DNA from: an uncultured bacterium
GTDB taxonomy: Bacteria > Zixibacteria > MSB-5A5 > UBA10806
NCBI GenBank assembly: GCA_965541585.1
Contig: CBEUCH010000008.1
Location: forward strand, 98,633 to 162,632
DNA: 64,000 nt
Reading direction: 5' to 3'
A program made the position numbers and the translations under genes. Numbering within the stretch: position 1 is the stretch's first letter; every line of letters starts with the position of its first letter. Below, piece by piece: positions 10,101 through 18,753 of the stretch. The notes below the pieces were generated by a model. That model made no database searches and was not told the DNA's origin. It was given only the letters and a program-made list of their open reading frames with translations.

Positions 10101-10236
10101 AGTGAACGCCGGCAGCTACACCATCACCTGGAATGGCAGGGACGCTGGCGGCCATGAGGCATCTTCCGGAATCTATTTCTATCGCTTATCCACGGATGAG
10201 GGTGTCAGGCAGGAGAAAATGACTCTGCTGCGGTAG
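7117..10236 (+). CDS. Secreted zinc metallopeptidase (M4/M36-like, FTP/PepSY-like propeptide) with accessory beta domains and FlgD/T9SS-like C-terminal domain
   Basis: GAGGAG RBS and ATG at 7117; propeptide YSQHKDGIPVF and FLVDARTGEIL; NAYY, HHEYGHH, downstream GEGMGD, EIH; tail QNYPNPFNP...SSGIYFY...KMTLLR. Confidence 0.85.
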   Translation: MKRSLLFWFVVCNFMCLFGLAVFGNASNALFEELKADYPGVRAYEEGGRIARIYGRAFGFGSSPVDAALQFKDNYAGLFNVVPDELSPVSILFDGRHTQPVMFDRDTGEYKFTLVYYSQHKDGIPVFRSDLRLLVRNEPGYPLVMAASALRDLTDFDEPIGMMVNPALAESAAKSFSPGLINFSEPRLTIWAGINDMEVEPTVTMEITADNGMEATLDYERWLFLVDARTGEILYSEDLILDVDVTGNVSGMATQGDAADFCGPEEPTPLPYARVYIEGGNTVMADENGDFVIPNDGDTEVTVISNIRGQWFRVFNSSGGNAQLSEAVIPPGPANFLHNAENTSEYNRAEVNGYVESNIVRDFTLTYNPQFPVIWNQNEFRVNVNISDNCNAYYDGYSINFFTAGGGCSNTAFSTVVHHEYGHHLVNVGGSGQGQYGEGMGDVMGVLITDDSHLAWGFFGNCNGFMRNADNNFQYPCSGEIHYCGRLISGCVWSTRNELAITNPDDYIDILSNLAVNSILMHQGNMITPSITLDYLTLDDDDGNIWNGTPHGMEIITGFAYEHNMDPGLSVQIEHTPLIDTEDSNAILGVYADVTSFFSMEEGSVTTYYTFDGDFEEIEMVNTSGDTWYGEIPTPPYETTVSYYIEGIDETGQSATVPENAPDDLYSFYVGTDVIPPTMTLVEGPPNTVDLFGPYGPFVITAWDVHGVNQSEVIMHYRVNDETDSEIALNPTGSEDEFGLDLLDLERQLNSGDIVHYYFTALDEANDPNTGRLPESGTFELLMANAETFEDFEEFGIGRWITEGAWALFNQGHNSSSSMIFGPNYPDNADDMAYMDFGYDLSAYGEARIALYAKYAILDGDICFVLISADGGQTWTTVGSITGVSGSSFEYAEFDISSALSPDDHDYRVGFRFVSDESGHTIGVLLDDIGWAIGPMTGVDDYAVELPIEISLNQNYPNPFNPQTNISFALPHESHVSLDVFDLLGRRVIRLIDEKVNAGSYTITWNGRDAGGHEASSGIYFYRLSTDEGVRQEKMTLLR

Positions 10237-10250
10237 GGGAGTTAGATATG

Positions 10251-10277
10251 AAGGGGCGAACCTCGATTCGCCCCTTT
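10251..10277 (+). terminator. Hairpin, probable terminator or mRNA stabiliser
   Basis: AAGGGGCGAA-CCTCGA-TTCGCCCCTT(T); U tail is short. Confidence 0.6.
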
Positions 10278-10294
10278 GATGAGGTGTTGGCTTA

Positions 10295-12313
10295 GTGATC
10301 CCGAGATTTAAGTCATCCATTTTTCTCGCTCTCGTCCTGGCGATATTCTCGAGAGTATTAACTCCGTCCGTTCAGGGCTGTGATATTAATAATGTCATCA
10401 ATGGCGGCTTCCTCTGGCCCGGTCAGGAGGAGACGAAATTTCTGCACGAGGGCGGCTATGCCCGTCCGGGGGTGGCGCTATTCGATTCGGTCCACGCCTT
10501 CGATGCTTTACATTACAATCTCGATTTGAATTTTCCCATGGATGGCCCCTATTTCGAGGGGAGTATGAGCCTGCGTCTCCGGGTGGTCGATGACAGCATA
10601 TCCTCGGTTACTTTGCATATGGTTCACCTGGTGGCGGATTCAGCCTTTGTGGGGAACGATCCGGCCACCCATATCAGGGACGATTCCACAATAACGGTCA
10701 ATCTAAATGGATACCGGTATGCACCGGAGACGCTCTCGGTCATAATTCATTATCACGATTACACCACCAACCGTGGTTATTATTATTATCCAAGGAATGC
10801 TTATACCATGGCGGAGCCTCAGGATGCCCGCTGGTGGTTCCCCTGCTTCGATGAGCCCTGGGATAAGGCGACATCGGAAATTTTTGCTACTGTCCCCGAG
10901 GATTACGATGTCGGTTCCAACGGCTGGCTGGAATCTGTAAATCACGATCAGCAGAATCATACCAGAACCTATCATTGGGTCAACGATGATCAGATTGCAA
11001 CATATCTCATAAACCTGCTAATGGCCGATTACGCAGTCTGGAATGATTATTATATCCCCGGCCCGCAGGACTCCATCCCGATATTGAACATGGTCTATGC
11101 CGAGGATTCCACCGATGCCATTTATGATTTCGGCAACGTACCGGCCATGATGGATGTCTTCTCCGATCTCTTTTATCCATATCCTTTCAATAAATACGGG
11201 CAGGGTACAGTTTCCCCCTACGTCTTCGGAGGTATGGAGCATCAGACCATGTCTACACTGCATCGCAACTGGATCACAGGCGACAGGGCGAGGGAGGCCG
11301 GGATTTCCCATGAACTGGCCCATATGTGGTGGGGTGATTTCGTAACAATGTCCGACTGGCGGCATATCTGGCTCAATGAAGGCTTTGCCACCTATTCCTC
11401 GGCACTTTTCAATGAGTCCTTCTATGGATCCGAGAGGTTCGACGAAAGTATAGCGGCTAATCGCGAGGCATACCTGGCGTATGTCGATCTCTTCGGGCAT
11501 GAGCCACTCTACGACCCGGAATATCTGTTTGCCACTCCCTCGTATAGTAAAGGGGCCTGGGTGCTCCACATGCTGAGAGGTATAATCGGCGACTATGCCT
11601 TCTTCGGCGGCCTGCATTATTATGCCTCTCTTTATGGATACGGCAACGCCAGCACCTGGGAATTCGCCGACGCCATGGAGACAATCTCCGGAATAGAATT
11701 GGATTGGTTTTTTGAGGAGTGGATTTTCGACCAGGCTCATCCGATCTACCAATATGCTTGGTCATATTCCGGTGAGGGGCCGTTTACGGTTCATCTGGAG
11801 ATACTCCAGGTGCAGACTGCAGCGCCGCCATTCAGGATGCCGATAGAGATAGCAATCCTCTCCGATCAAATCACCTATGAGTTTACAATCGAAAACCAGT
11901 ATGAATACCAGACCTATGATTTTACGATATCGAGCCTTCCCCTCGATCTCCTGCTCGATCCGGACAATTGGATTTTGAAAGAAGCCGAACAGCTCACGGG
12001 AATCGACAACGGTTACCCGCCGCAACTGCCTGCACAAGCTGGTCTTATGAGCGTCTACCCCAACCCGTTCAACAGCTCAGCCAATATTCCGTTTTTTGTT
12101 GAGGGGAAAAGGCAGTTTCTGGACATCGCAATTTATGATATCTCGGGGAGGTTGGTGAAACAGGTTGTGTCGAAGGAATATTCCCCGGGTTACTACAATA
12201 TCGTCTGGGCCGGCACCGGTGATCGGAGAGGCATTCTATCGTCCGGTGTTTACATCGTAAAGCTTACGTCCCCGATCGGGATATCGTCGAAGAAGATAAC
12301 GTTAATCAAATAA
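10295..12313 (+). CDS. Secreted M1 family aminopeptidase with FlgD/T9SS-like C-terminal domain
   Basis: ARWWFPCFDEP.DKA, GGMEH, HELAHMWWG...WLNEGFA, YSKGAWVLHMLR; tail YPNPFN...SSGVY...KKITLIK. Confidence 0.92.
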   Translation: MIPRFKSSIFLALVLAIFSRVLTPSVQGCDINNVINGGFLWPGQEETKFLHEGGYARPGVALFDSVHAFDALHYNLDLNFPMDGPYFEGSMSLRLRVVDDSISSVTLHMVHLVADSAFVGNDPATHIRDDSTITVNLNGYRYAPETLSVIIHYHDYTTNRGYYYYPRNAYTMAEPQDARWWFPCFDEPWDKATSEIFATVPEDYDVGSNGWLESVNHDQQNHTRTYHWVNDDQIATYLINLLMADYAVWNDYYIPGPQDSIPILNMVYAEDSTDAIYDFGNVPAMMDVFSDLFYPYPFNKYGQGTVSPYVFGGMEHQTMSTLHRNWITGDRAREAGISHELAHMWWGDFVTMSDWRHIWLNEGFATYSSALFNESFYGSERFDESIAANREAYLAYVDLFGHEPLYDPEYLFATPSYSKGAWVLHMLRGIIGDYAFFGGLHYYASLYGYGNASTWEFADAMETISGIELDWFFEEWIFDQAHPIYQYAWSYSGEGPFTVHLEILQVQTAAPPFRMPIEIAILSDQITYEFTIENQYEYQTYDFTISSLPLDLLLDPDNWILKEAEQLTGIDNGYPPQLPAQAGLMSVYPNPFNSSANIPFFVEGKRQFLDIAIYDISGRLVKQVVSKEYSPGYYNIVWAGTGDRRGILSSGVYIVKLTSPIGISSKKITLIK

Positions 12314-12462
12314 TCCAGACCGCTCAGGTATTGGATAAATCCCATAGGTTTCGGTCTTCGCCCATCTTTGGGGACCTGCGCGGCAACTGACTAATATTAT
12401 GGTTTACATGTTAAGGTTATATCTCGTTTTGTATTACGTTGAGATTGTCGGATCGCTCGATC

Positions 12463-12478
12463 GGGCACACGGTTTGCA
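12463..12478 (+). promoter_or_regulatory. sigma54 (-24/-12) promoter
   Basis: GGGCACACGGTTTGCA = GG-N10-GC with GGCAC and TTGCA elements, upstream of the pilin-like gene. Confidence 0.75.
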
Positions 12479-12523
12479 AATATCGGGATCTGGCATACTT
12501 GGAGGCTTAACGGTATTGGAGGG

Positions 12524-13036
12524 TTGATGATCCGATTTTCCAACAACAGAGGATTTGCGCTGGATAAAGTGATGATCCTGGTCATTGCGGTCTCGGTTGC
12601 TGCCACCGGCGTCTGGAACGCTCAGCTAACGAAGATCGACACCCTGCGTGAGCCATCGGCCGCGGGCGACATTGGCGAGAAGATCAAAAATGCGCTGGAC
12701 GAGATCAGATATCACATCCGACTTGCGGGTTATAAGCTGGAGGGCGACGCCGAGCCGCTGACGATCAAAAAGGGGGAAAAGTCGGATATCGTAGAGATAA
12801 AGCACAATGGAGTCTGCTACGAGTATTTCATCGATGGCGACGACAATCTGATAAGACGGGTCGAATCGATTGAAAAAGTAATTGCAGAAAATCTGAGTTC
12901 TATCAGGACGGTGCGCGTGGGACAGAATACGGTGGTGGTCACAATTTCCTCAGCCCGGCATCGCCGGGAGAACAGAGATGAAATAGAGACCATGTCGAAG
13001 AGTCATTCGGTGATAGTCGAAATGAGAAACCTTTGA
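12524..13036 (+). CDS. PilW/GspJ-like minor pilin with degenerate prepilin motif
   Basis: RG|FALDKVMILVIAVSVAA hydrophobic N-terminus; ALDEIRYHIRLAGY resembles the PilW helix motif; adjacent to pil genes. Confidence 0.6.
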   Translation: MMIRFSNNRGFALDKVMILVIAVSVAATGVWNAQLTKIDTLREPSAAGDIGEKIKNALDEIRYHIRLAGYKLEGDAEPLTIKKGEKSDIVEIKHNGVCYEYFIDGDDNLIRRVESIEKVIAENLSSIRTVRVGQNTVVVTISSARHRRENRDEIETMSKSHSVIVEMRNL

Positions 13037-13067
13037 TGAGCGGGAATATCAACGCGTTTAATAATGC

Positions 13068-13094
13068 TAATCTGGAGCAGCGGATTGCCGATAT
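13068..13094 (+). promoter_or_regulatory. sigma28-like promoter
   Basis: TAAT-N15-GCCGATAT upstream of the FimT-like gene. Confidence 0.45.
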
Positions 13095-13187
13095 TTGGGC
13101 AGGGATATTAAAAGAAATCATCAGGCGGGAATGGATACCAAAGGACTTCAGAATAGAGTGGATTTTGATAGACATCGGGGAGAGATA

Positions 13188-13703
13188 ATGAATAAGATAG
13201 AAGATGAGATGAGGATAAACGGAATCGGCGAAAAGCGTACCGCGGGCTTCACAATGCTCGAAATGGCGATTGTAGTCGTAATTATAGGAATAGTCGCAGC
13301 CATGGCAGTACCGTCGTTTCTTAGCGCCATACCCAGGCTAAAAGCTCGCACCGAAGCAAGAAACATTTTAAACTTCGTCAGGCTTGCCCGCAGTAAGGCT
13401 GTTGCGAATGGGGTTCAGTACGGTGTTTATATAGATACCAACAACAGGCAGTATATCCTGTTCAAGGATACGATCAATCCGTCCCAGGTGATGTACAATA
13501 TCGGAGATTCGGTGGTCGTTGGTCCCGAAACCATTGATTCGGACGTGGTTCTTACGAACTCCACTTTCACCGGCAACAGCGTAATCTTCCTGCCGACCGG
13601 CGGGGCGTCCCAATCGGGATCTTTTACCCTGGATAATGCCGAAGGGGGCTCCAGCTATACCGTATCGGTGCTGAGCTCCACCGGGAAGTCGAAGCTGCAA
13701 TAG
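13188..13703 (+). CDS. GspH/FimT family pseudopilin/minor pilin
   Basis: AG|FTMLEMAIVVVIIGIVAAMAVPSF, ARSKAV motif, FLPTGG near the C-terminus; start placed at ATG 13188 after GGGGAG. Confidence 0.88.
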   Translation: MNKIEDEMRINGIGEKRTAGFTMLEMAIVVVIIGIVAAMAVPSFLSAIPRLKARTEARNILNFVRLARSKAVANGVQYGVYIDTNNRQYILFKDTINPSQVMYNIGDSVVVGPETIDSDVVLTNSTFTGNSVIFLPTGGASQSGSFTLDNAEGGSSYTVSVLSSTGKSKLQ

Positions 13704-13805
13704 TCTGCATTTTCTCAAGGATTTTTCACATCCATCATTTTTTTTTCAGTAGTCGTTAACTTTTGGTGCACGAAGACGATAATAGGTTGTGTGAAACAAA
13801 AAATC

Positions 13806-13834
13806 TTGACATCCGAGATAGAAGCCGATACAAT
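13806..13834 (+). promoter_or_regulatory. sigma70-type promoter of pilMNOPQ
   Basis: TTGACA-17 nt-TACAAT. Confidence 0.75.
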
Positions 13835-13886
13835 TACAGCGCATGAATTTGCAGACTTTTTAAGCCAGTAATGGGGGAGACCTGAT

Positions 13887-14936
13887 ATGGGCGTGCTAAA
13901 AAGATCTAAATTGGCCGTAGGTCTGGATATTGGTGCCAGTTCCATAAAGCTGGTCAAGCTCCAGGAGAAGGCTGGCGGGTATGCCCTGCGGGCCATGGGA
14001 ATAAAAGACCTGCCTTACGATGCCATATCCTCCGAGGAGATAAAAGATCGCGATGCGGTCATTTTCGATATACAAAACCTCATAGACCAGACGGATCCGA
14101 AAATCAAGGAAGTGGTCATCTCGATCTCTGGACATGGCGTCATCACCGACAAGTTCACCATGGACAAGAAAACCGGTTCGGAAGCCGAGCAGGCTATTCT
14201 CTTCGAAGCGGAGCAGAGAAGCCCCTTCGATGTCGAGGATGTGACCATGGACTATCACATAATCAAGGTCGATGAGGAGGCCGGCAAGATGGAGGTTCTG
14301 CTGGTCGCCGCTCGCAACGAGTTTTTGAAAAATTATTTAGACTTGATCCTCGACGCGGGATTGAGGCCGGTTATTGTGGATACGGATGCCTTCGCAATGT
14401 TGAACGCTTATAATATTAATTACGAAGTAGATCCATCCAGGGTCACGGCCCTGGTCAACATCGGCTTTGATAGCACTCATCTGATCTTTATCAAAGACGG
14501 AGTATTTCATTCCACCAGGGATGTCTCCAACGGTATCAGGTTGATGTTCGAAGCCGTCGGCAGAGAATTTCGCCTCAACCAGGAAATGACATCCAAAGCC
14601 CTCAGGGGAGACATGGACGGGTCGATAGACCAGGATATGTTCAAGGCCACCGTGGCCACCTCTTTTGAGGAGTTGACGGCGGGAATTGAAGTGGCCATAT
14701 CGTATTTTAAAAGCTCGTCGAATGCCGAAGATATCGATTGGATGGTGTTTTCGGGAGGCGGCGCCCTGGTGCCTTATCTTCCGGAACTCCTGCAGAATAA
14801 GCTGGGGATTCCGGTCGAGATTTTCAATCCTTTAAGAAACATAGAATATGATCCCGATCTTTTCACCGAGCACCAACCTGAAAAAGTGGCGCCGCTTCTT
14901 GCGGTTCCCATAGGGCTGGCAGCGCGGAGGCTGTAA
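13887..14936 (+). CDS. pilM: Type IV pilus assembly protein PilM
   Basis: VGLDIGASSIKLV actin-like motif, VLLVAA, ALVNIG, SGGGA, NP; first gene of an MNOPQ-type operon. Confidence 0.95.
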   Translation: MGVLKRSKLAVGLDIGASSIKLVKLQEKAGGYALRAMGIKDLPYDAISSEEIKDRDAVIFDIQNLIDQTDPKIKEVVISISGHGVITDKFTMDKKTGSEAEQAILFEAEQRSPFDVEDVTMDYHIIKVDEEAGKMEVLLVAARNEFLKNYLDLILDAGLRPVIVDTDAFAMLNAYNINYEVDPSRVTALVNIGFDSTHLIFIKDGVFHSTRDVSNGIRLMFEAVGREFRLNQEMTSKALRGDMDGSIDQDMFKATVATSFEELTAGIEVAISYFKSSSNAEDIDWMVFSGGGALVPYLPELLQNKLGIPVEIFNPLRNIEYDPDLFTEHQPEKVAPLLAVPIGLAARRL

Positions 14937-15583
14937 TGATAGAAATTAATCTTCTGCCAAAAGAATTACAATGGAAAAGATTTCGCTTCACCCTGGACAA
15001 GAACATCATTTATATTCTGGCGGCCGGAATCGTAATCACCCTGGGCATGGCAGGTTATAGTTATGTTTACCAGGCGGGCAGCATAGCCGAGTTGCAGAAA
15101 GGTATCAGCGATGCCCGACAAGAGGAATCTAAATATTCCGCTGAAATACAAAAAATAGACGAGATCACTGCCAGGCAAACACAGATTCTGGCCAGGATGT
15201 CTGCGATCCAGGTTCTGGATCAAAACCGCGACTACTGGATTGACCTGATGGAGGATCTGGTTCGGCGCGTTCCCGAATATGTCTGGCTAACTTCTATCCA
15301 GCAGGCACCCACGGCTGGACAAGCGGCACAGTCAACAGGTGCTCCTGCTCGATCGACGATAAAAGGCTATTCGTTTTCGTTAAATGCCATGGCGACTTTC
15401 CTTGTGAGACTGAAGAAATCGGATATGTTCAAGAACGTGGAATTATCGGCAATCGTGTTACAGGAGAACGAACAGGCGAAAGCTTATTCTTTTGAGTTGG
15501 CTTACAGTCTTGAGGTGCCCGGGACGGTAGCGCCGACGACAGAGACCGCCCAGGCCCCGGAAGCCACGAGCGGTCGGTTTTAA
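14936..15583 (+). CDS. pilN: Type IV pilus assembly protein PilN
   Basis: MIEINLLP N-terminal PilM-binding motif, TM, coiled coil, VPEYVWLTSI. Confidence 0.93.
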   Translation: MIEINLLPKELQWKRFRFTLDKNIIYILAAGIVITLGMAGYSYVYQAGSIAELQKGISDARQEESKYSAEIQKIDEITARQTQILARMSAIQVLDQNRDYWIDLMEDLVRRVPEYVWLTSIQQAPTAGQAAQSTGAPARSTIKGYSFSLNAMATFLVRLKKSDMFKNVELSAIVLQENEQAKAYSFELAYSLEVPGTVAPTTETAQAPEATSGRF

Positions 15584-15639
15584 ACACCGGAGCGGCGGTT
15601 CATTAGGGCCGGCGCTGTAATTCCTGTGGGAGGGGATAC

Positions 15640-16233
15640 ATGAATTTGAGAGATCCCAAAAATCAAATAGCAATTTTCGTCGTTATCTTATTCGTTGTTA
15701 TATATTATCTCTGGTTCTCCAAAATTTACACCTCCTACCGGGACGAAATTGACGGTTTGAAAATTACTAACAGCACGCTGCTAACGAAACTGCATGGAGT
15801 GAAGGCAAAGGCGGAAACATTAGAAGAACTCGAAAAAGAATATAACAAGCTGCAGTTACAATATAAGAAGGTAGAAATCCTCCTGCCGGAGAAAAAAGAG
15901 GATGAGGCCTTCTTGAGTCAGATCCATGCTGCGGCGCAATTGACGAATTCGGTTGTCAGGAAGATTACGCCTCTCGGCACCCAGGAATCGGATTTCTACG
16001 ATACCAACAGCTATTCCGTTGAAGTTGAATCATCGTATCATGGTCTCGGCGGGTTTTTCGCCAAAGTAGCCAATTTTCCATTTATCATCAATCTCTCCGA
16101 TCTTGAATTGAAAACGCCGGCGGTTGGCGGAGGAACCATGCTGGGGGCGCCCGTCAAAATAGAGCCGGATAAGGCCGTAGTCGCGACCTTCAGACTTTCA
16201 ACTTATAACGTTAAACAGGATACGTCAGGATGA
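15640..16233 (+). CDS. pilO: Type IV pilus assembly protein PilO
   Basis: N-terminal TM, coiled coil, LLPEKKE, SSYHGLGGFF; operon position. Confidence 0.9.
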   Translation: MNLRDPKNQIAIFVVILFVVIYYLWFSKIYTSYRDEIDGLKITNSTLLTKLHGVKAKAETLEELEKEYNKLQLQYKKVEILLPEKKEDEAFLSQIHAAAQLTNSVVRKITPLGTQESDFYDTNSYSVEVESSYHGLGGFFAKVANFPFIINLSDLELKTPAVGGGTMLGAPVKIEPDKAVVATFRLSTYNVKQDTSG

Positions 16234-17087
16234 GAACTGCAGGTTTTTCCAGATCATTCATCGCGGTCGGCCTGGTTGCGGTCGCACTTCCTGCCAGCGG
16301 TGCTAATTACCTGAAAGATATCAGCGTTCAGAACGCGGGAGACACCGCCGTGGTGATAATCTCCACCACGAAAGCTGATCAATATAAGGTGTTCCTGACC
16401 GACGGTAAGCCGGAGCGCATTGTAATCGATCTGCAAGGGGTAACCAATTCCTGGACCAGAAAAAGATTCATGGAACTCCCTTTTAAATCGATCCAGTCAA
16501 TTCGAACCAGCCAGTATCGAACCACCCCGGTTCTGGAATCGAGAGTTGTGCTCGATATGGGGCGGCCGATAGATTTCAGAGAATCTCGGAAGGGCAATGA
16601 CATTATCATTAAGTTTCTCGTCATAGAGGGCGAAGCCGATTTCCCAAGCTGGCATGCCAGGGGGGATCAAGCTCCTCCTGCCGTGCGAAAAACAGCCGGG
16701 ACGCCTCCCAAGCAAAAGGTCAAGGCTCCCAAGAAGGCAACTACGGGGGTGAAGCTGGAATCTTATCCCAAGAGGAAACTGGTAAGATACAGGACCACCG
16801 GCTTTAAAGATCCGTTTTTACCCCTGATCGGCGGTGCGAGCGGAATATTATCATCAAGCTTGCCGGTGCTCGAAAACCTGAAACTTGTAGGGATACTCGA
16901 GGACATCGATGGCAACAGAGCGCTGCTGGAAGATTCCGAGGGTAACGGCTATATCCTTATTCCGAATGATAAGGTTAAAAACGGATACCTCGTAAGCGTT
17001 ACGAAGAGAAAAGCAATATTCCAGGTAACGGAGTACGGGTGGACTCGCACAGTAGCTCTGGAACTTAAGATTCCGGAGTTGGAATAA
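16230..17087 (+). CDS. AMIN-domain/PilP-like fusion protein
   Basis: Signal peptide; AMIN pattern (PERIVIDL...IQSIRTSQY...RVVLDM); C-terminal PilP-like KDPFLPL...LENLKLVGIL...ALLEDSEGNGYIL; lies between pilO and pilQ. Confidence 0.75.
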   Translation: MRTAGFSRSFIAVGLVAVALPASGANYLKDISVQNAGDTAVVIISTTKADQYKVFLTDGKPERIVIDLQGVTNSWTRKRFMELPFKSIQSIRTSQYRTTPVLESRVVLDMGRPIDFRESRKGNDIIIKFLVIEGEADFPSWHARGDQAPPAVRKTAGTPPKQKVKAPKKATTGVKLESYPKRKLVRYRTTGFKDPFLPLIGGASGILSSSLPVLENLKLVGILEDIDGNRALLEDSEGNGYILIPNDKVKNGYLVSVTKRKAIFQVTEYGWTRTVALELKIPELE

Positions 17088-17094
17088 AGGGGAG

Positions 17095-18483
17095 TTGAAT
17101 ATGCGCAGAATATCATACTTTGCAGCGGCGGCCTTAGCGGTAGGTTGCCTGACGTTCATGAATATCGGAGCGCTCAAGAGCCAGGAGGGGATTGAGATTA
17201 CAGAGACTGAAATGATTTCCCCGCGGGTGATCATGACTCTGTCCCTGACCAACGCCGATATCAAGTCCGTTTTGATGTATCTATCTTCCTACGGTGGCGT
17301 CAACATCGTAGCCTCGCCCAGCGTGGAGGGCACGGTTACCCTTCGCCTTTCTAATGTCACCTGGAAAGAGGCTCTCGATATAATTCTCAGTACTTATAAT
17401 CTCGTAGGGGTTGAGTCGAAGAATTATATCCGGGTTATCAATGCGGAAGACTATTATGCGGAGAAATCGGCTGAGGAGCAACATCTCCAGGAACAGGAGA
17501 AAATGAAGCCCCTCAGAACCCACATCGTATCGATCAAATACAACGTTGCCGATGAAATTCAACAGGCCGTGAGAGGGTTGCTATCCAGCAGGGGCACGGT
17601 CGATATCGATAAGAGAACCAATTCCCTGGTTATCCGCGATCTGCCGGAGGTCCTCGGGAGAATTGACGAGCTCATAGGGGTTCTGGACAAGGAAACGAGG
17701 CAGGTGAAAATCTCAGCTCAGCTTCTTGAAGTCGAGTCGGGATTCTTAAGGGAAATAGGCGTCGACTGGAGAATCGTAAACCAGACCTTTGTAGAAGAAA
17801 CTCCTATGGATGCGGATCAGCTTGAATATCTCGTTGATCCTCTACTTACTGGTAATCCCGATCGACAGAATTTTGCTGAGGAGGAAAGCCGAATTTTCGG
17901 TTCGAGACAGATGGCGGGGGATAAACTGGCGCAGTTCTCATTCGCAAGACTGATAGCCGATGGAGACTACAGTGTCGGTGCCATCTTATCCACAATCGAA
18001 TCGTCCAACAAAGGCAAGATCATTGCTCATCCCGAGATTACCACTCTTGATAACGTTGAGGCTTATATCCAGATGGGTCAGAAAATTCCAATCAAGCAGT
18101 TTGACCCTTCGGGGAATACCATCATAACGTTCTACGATGTCGGTACGAAATTGAGGGTGACGCCCCATATCACCTCTGAGAATAGAATCCTGTTGCACCT
18201 CGTACCCGAAAGAAGTTCTTATCAGTTCGATCCCAATGGCGTGGTCATCAACACCCAGAACGCCGAGACCAATGTTGTGGTCGAAAACGGCGAAACGGCG
18301 GTGATCGGCGGCCTGACAAACCAGGAGGTCAAGCATTTGAAGGTCGGTCTGCCTATCCTGAAGGATATCCCGATCATTGGATTCCTCTTCGGGTACGATA
18401 AGAAAGAGGTCATATCCAGAGATCTGGTCATTTTTGTCACCCCGACTATCGTAGCCCAACCGGTGCAAGCGTTCAATGACTGA
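17095..18483 (+). CDS. pilQ: Type IV pilus secretin PilQ (short, no AMIN domains)
   Basis: N0 domain (ADIKSVL...VTLRLSNVTWKEAL), N3 (DKRTNSLVIRD), secretin core (PEITTLDN, GETAVIGGL, LPILKDIPIIGFLF, FVTPTIV). Confidence 0.93.
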   Translation: MNMRRISYFAAAALAVGCLTFMNIGALKSQEGIEITETEMISPRVIMTLSLTNADIKSVLMYLSSYGGVNIVASPSVEGTVTLRLSNVTWKEALDIILSTYNLVGVESKNYIRVINAEDYYAEKSAEEQHLQEQEKMKPLRTHIVSIKYNVADEIQQAVRGLLSSRGTVDIDKRTNSLVIRDLPEVLGRIDELIGVLDKETRQVKISAQLLEVESGFLREIGVDWRIVNQTFVEETPMDADQLEYLVDPLLTGNPDRQNFAEEESRIFGSRQMAGDKLAQFSFARLIADGDYSVGAILSTIESSNKGKIIAHPEITTLDNVEAYIQMGQKIPIKQFDPSGNTIITFYDVGTKLRVTPHITSENRILLHLVPERSSYQFDPNGVVINTQNAETNVVVENGETAVIGGLTNQEVKHLKVGLPILKDIPIIGFLFGYDKKEVISRDLVIFVTPTIVAQPVQAFND

Positions 18484-18508
18484 AAAAATATAAAGAATCA
18501 GAGATCTC

Positions 18509-18537
18509 AAACCCCGGCATAAGTCGGGGTTTTTTTT
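18509..18537 (+). terminator. Rho-independent terminator
   Basis: AAACCCCGGC-ATAA-GTCGGGGTTT with poly-T after pilQ. Confidence 0.9.
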
Positions 18538-18753
18538 AATGATTGCCTTTACCTCCCGCGATATATCGATCTCAGAGCTCTACAAGGCCGGCTTTTCCGG
18601 CGAAAAGTCGAATTTTATCCTATTCGCAGAGGGTCTGTTCTTCACTTGCAGCGGTGAGAAACCCGACGGATATTCTGCCTTGCCAGAATTGGTCTCAACT
18701 CTTATATTTTCGGGTCAATCTATGTGGGTGCCAACGCATTCCGGGAGAAGATC

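Noticed and set aside
15591..15616. GC-rich hairpin between pilN and pilO as a terminator
   Set aside because: Imperfect stem with no U tract, inside an operon; at most an mRNA stability element.
17095..17160. AVGC as a lipobox making PilQ a liposecretin
   Set aside because: Weak match, and the hydrophobic stretch continues after the Cys; cannot be supported without prediction tools.
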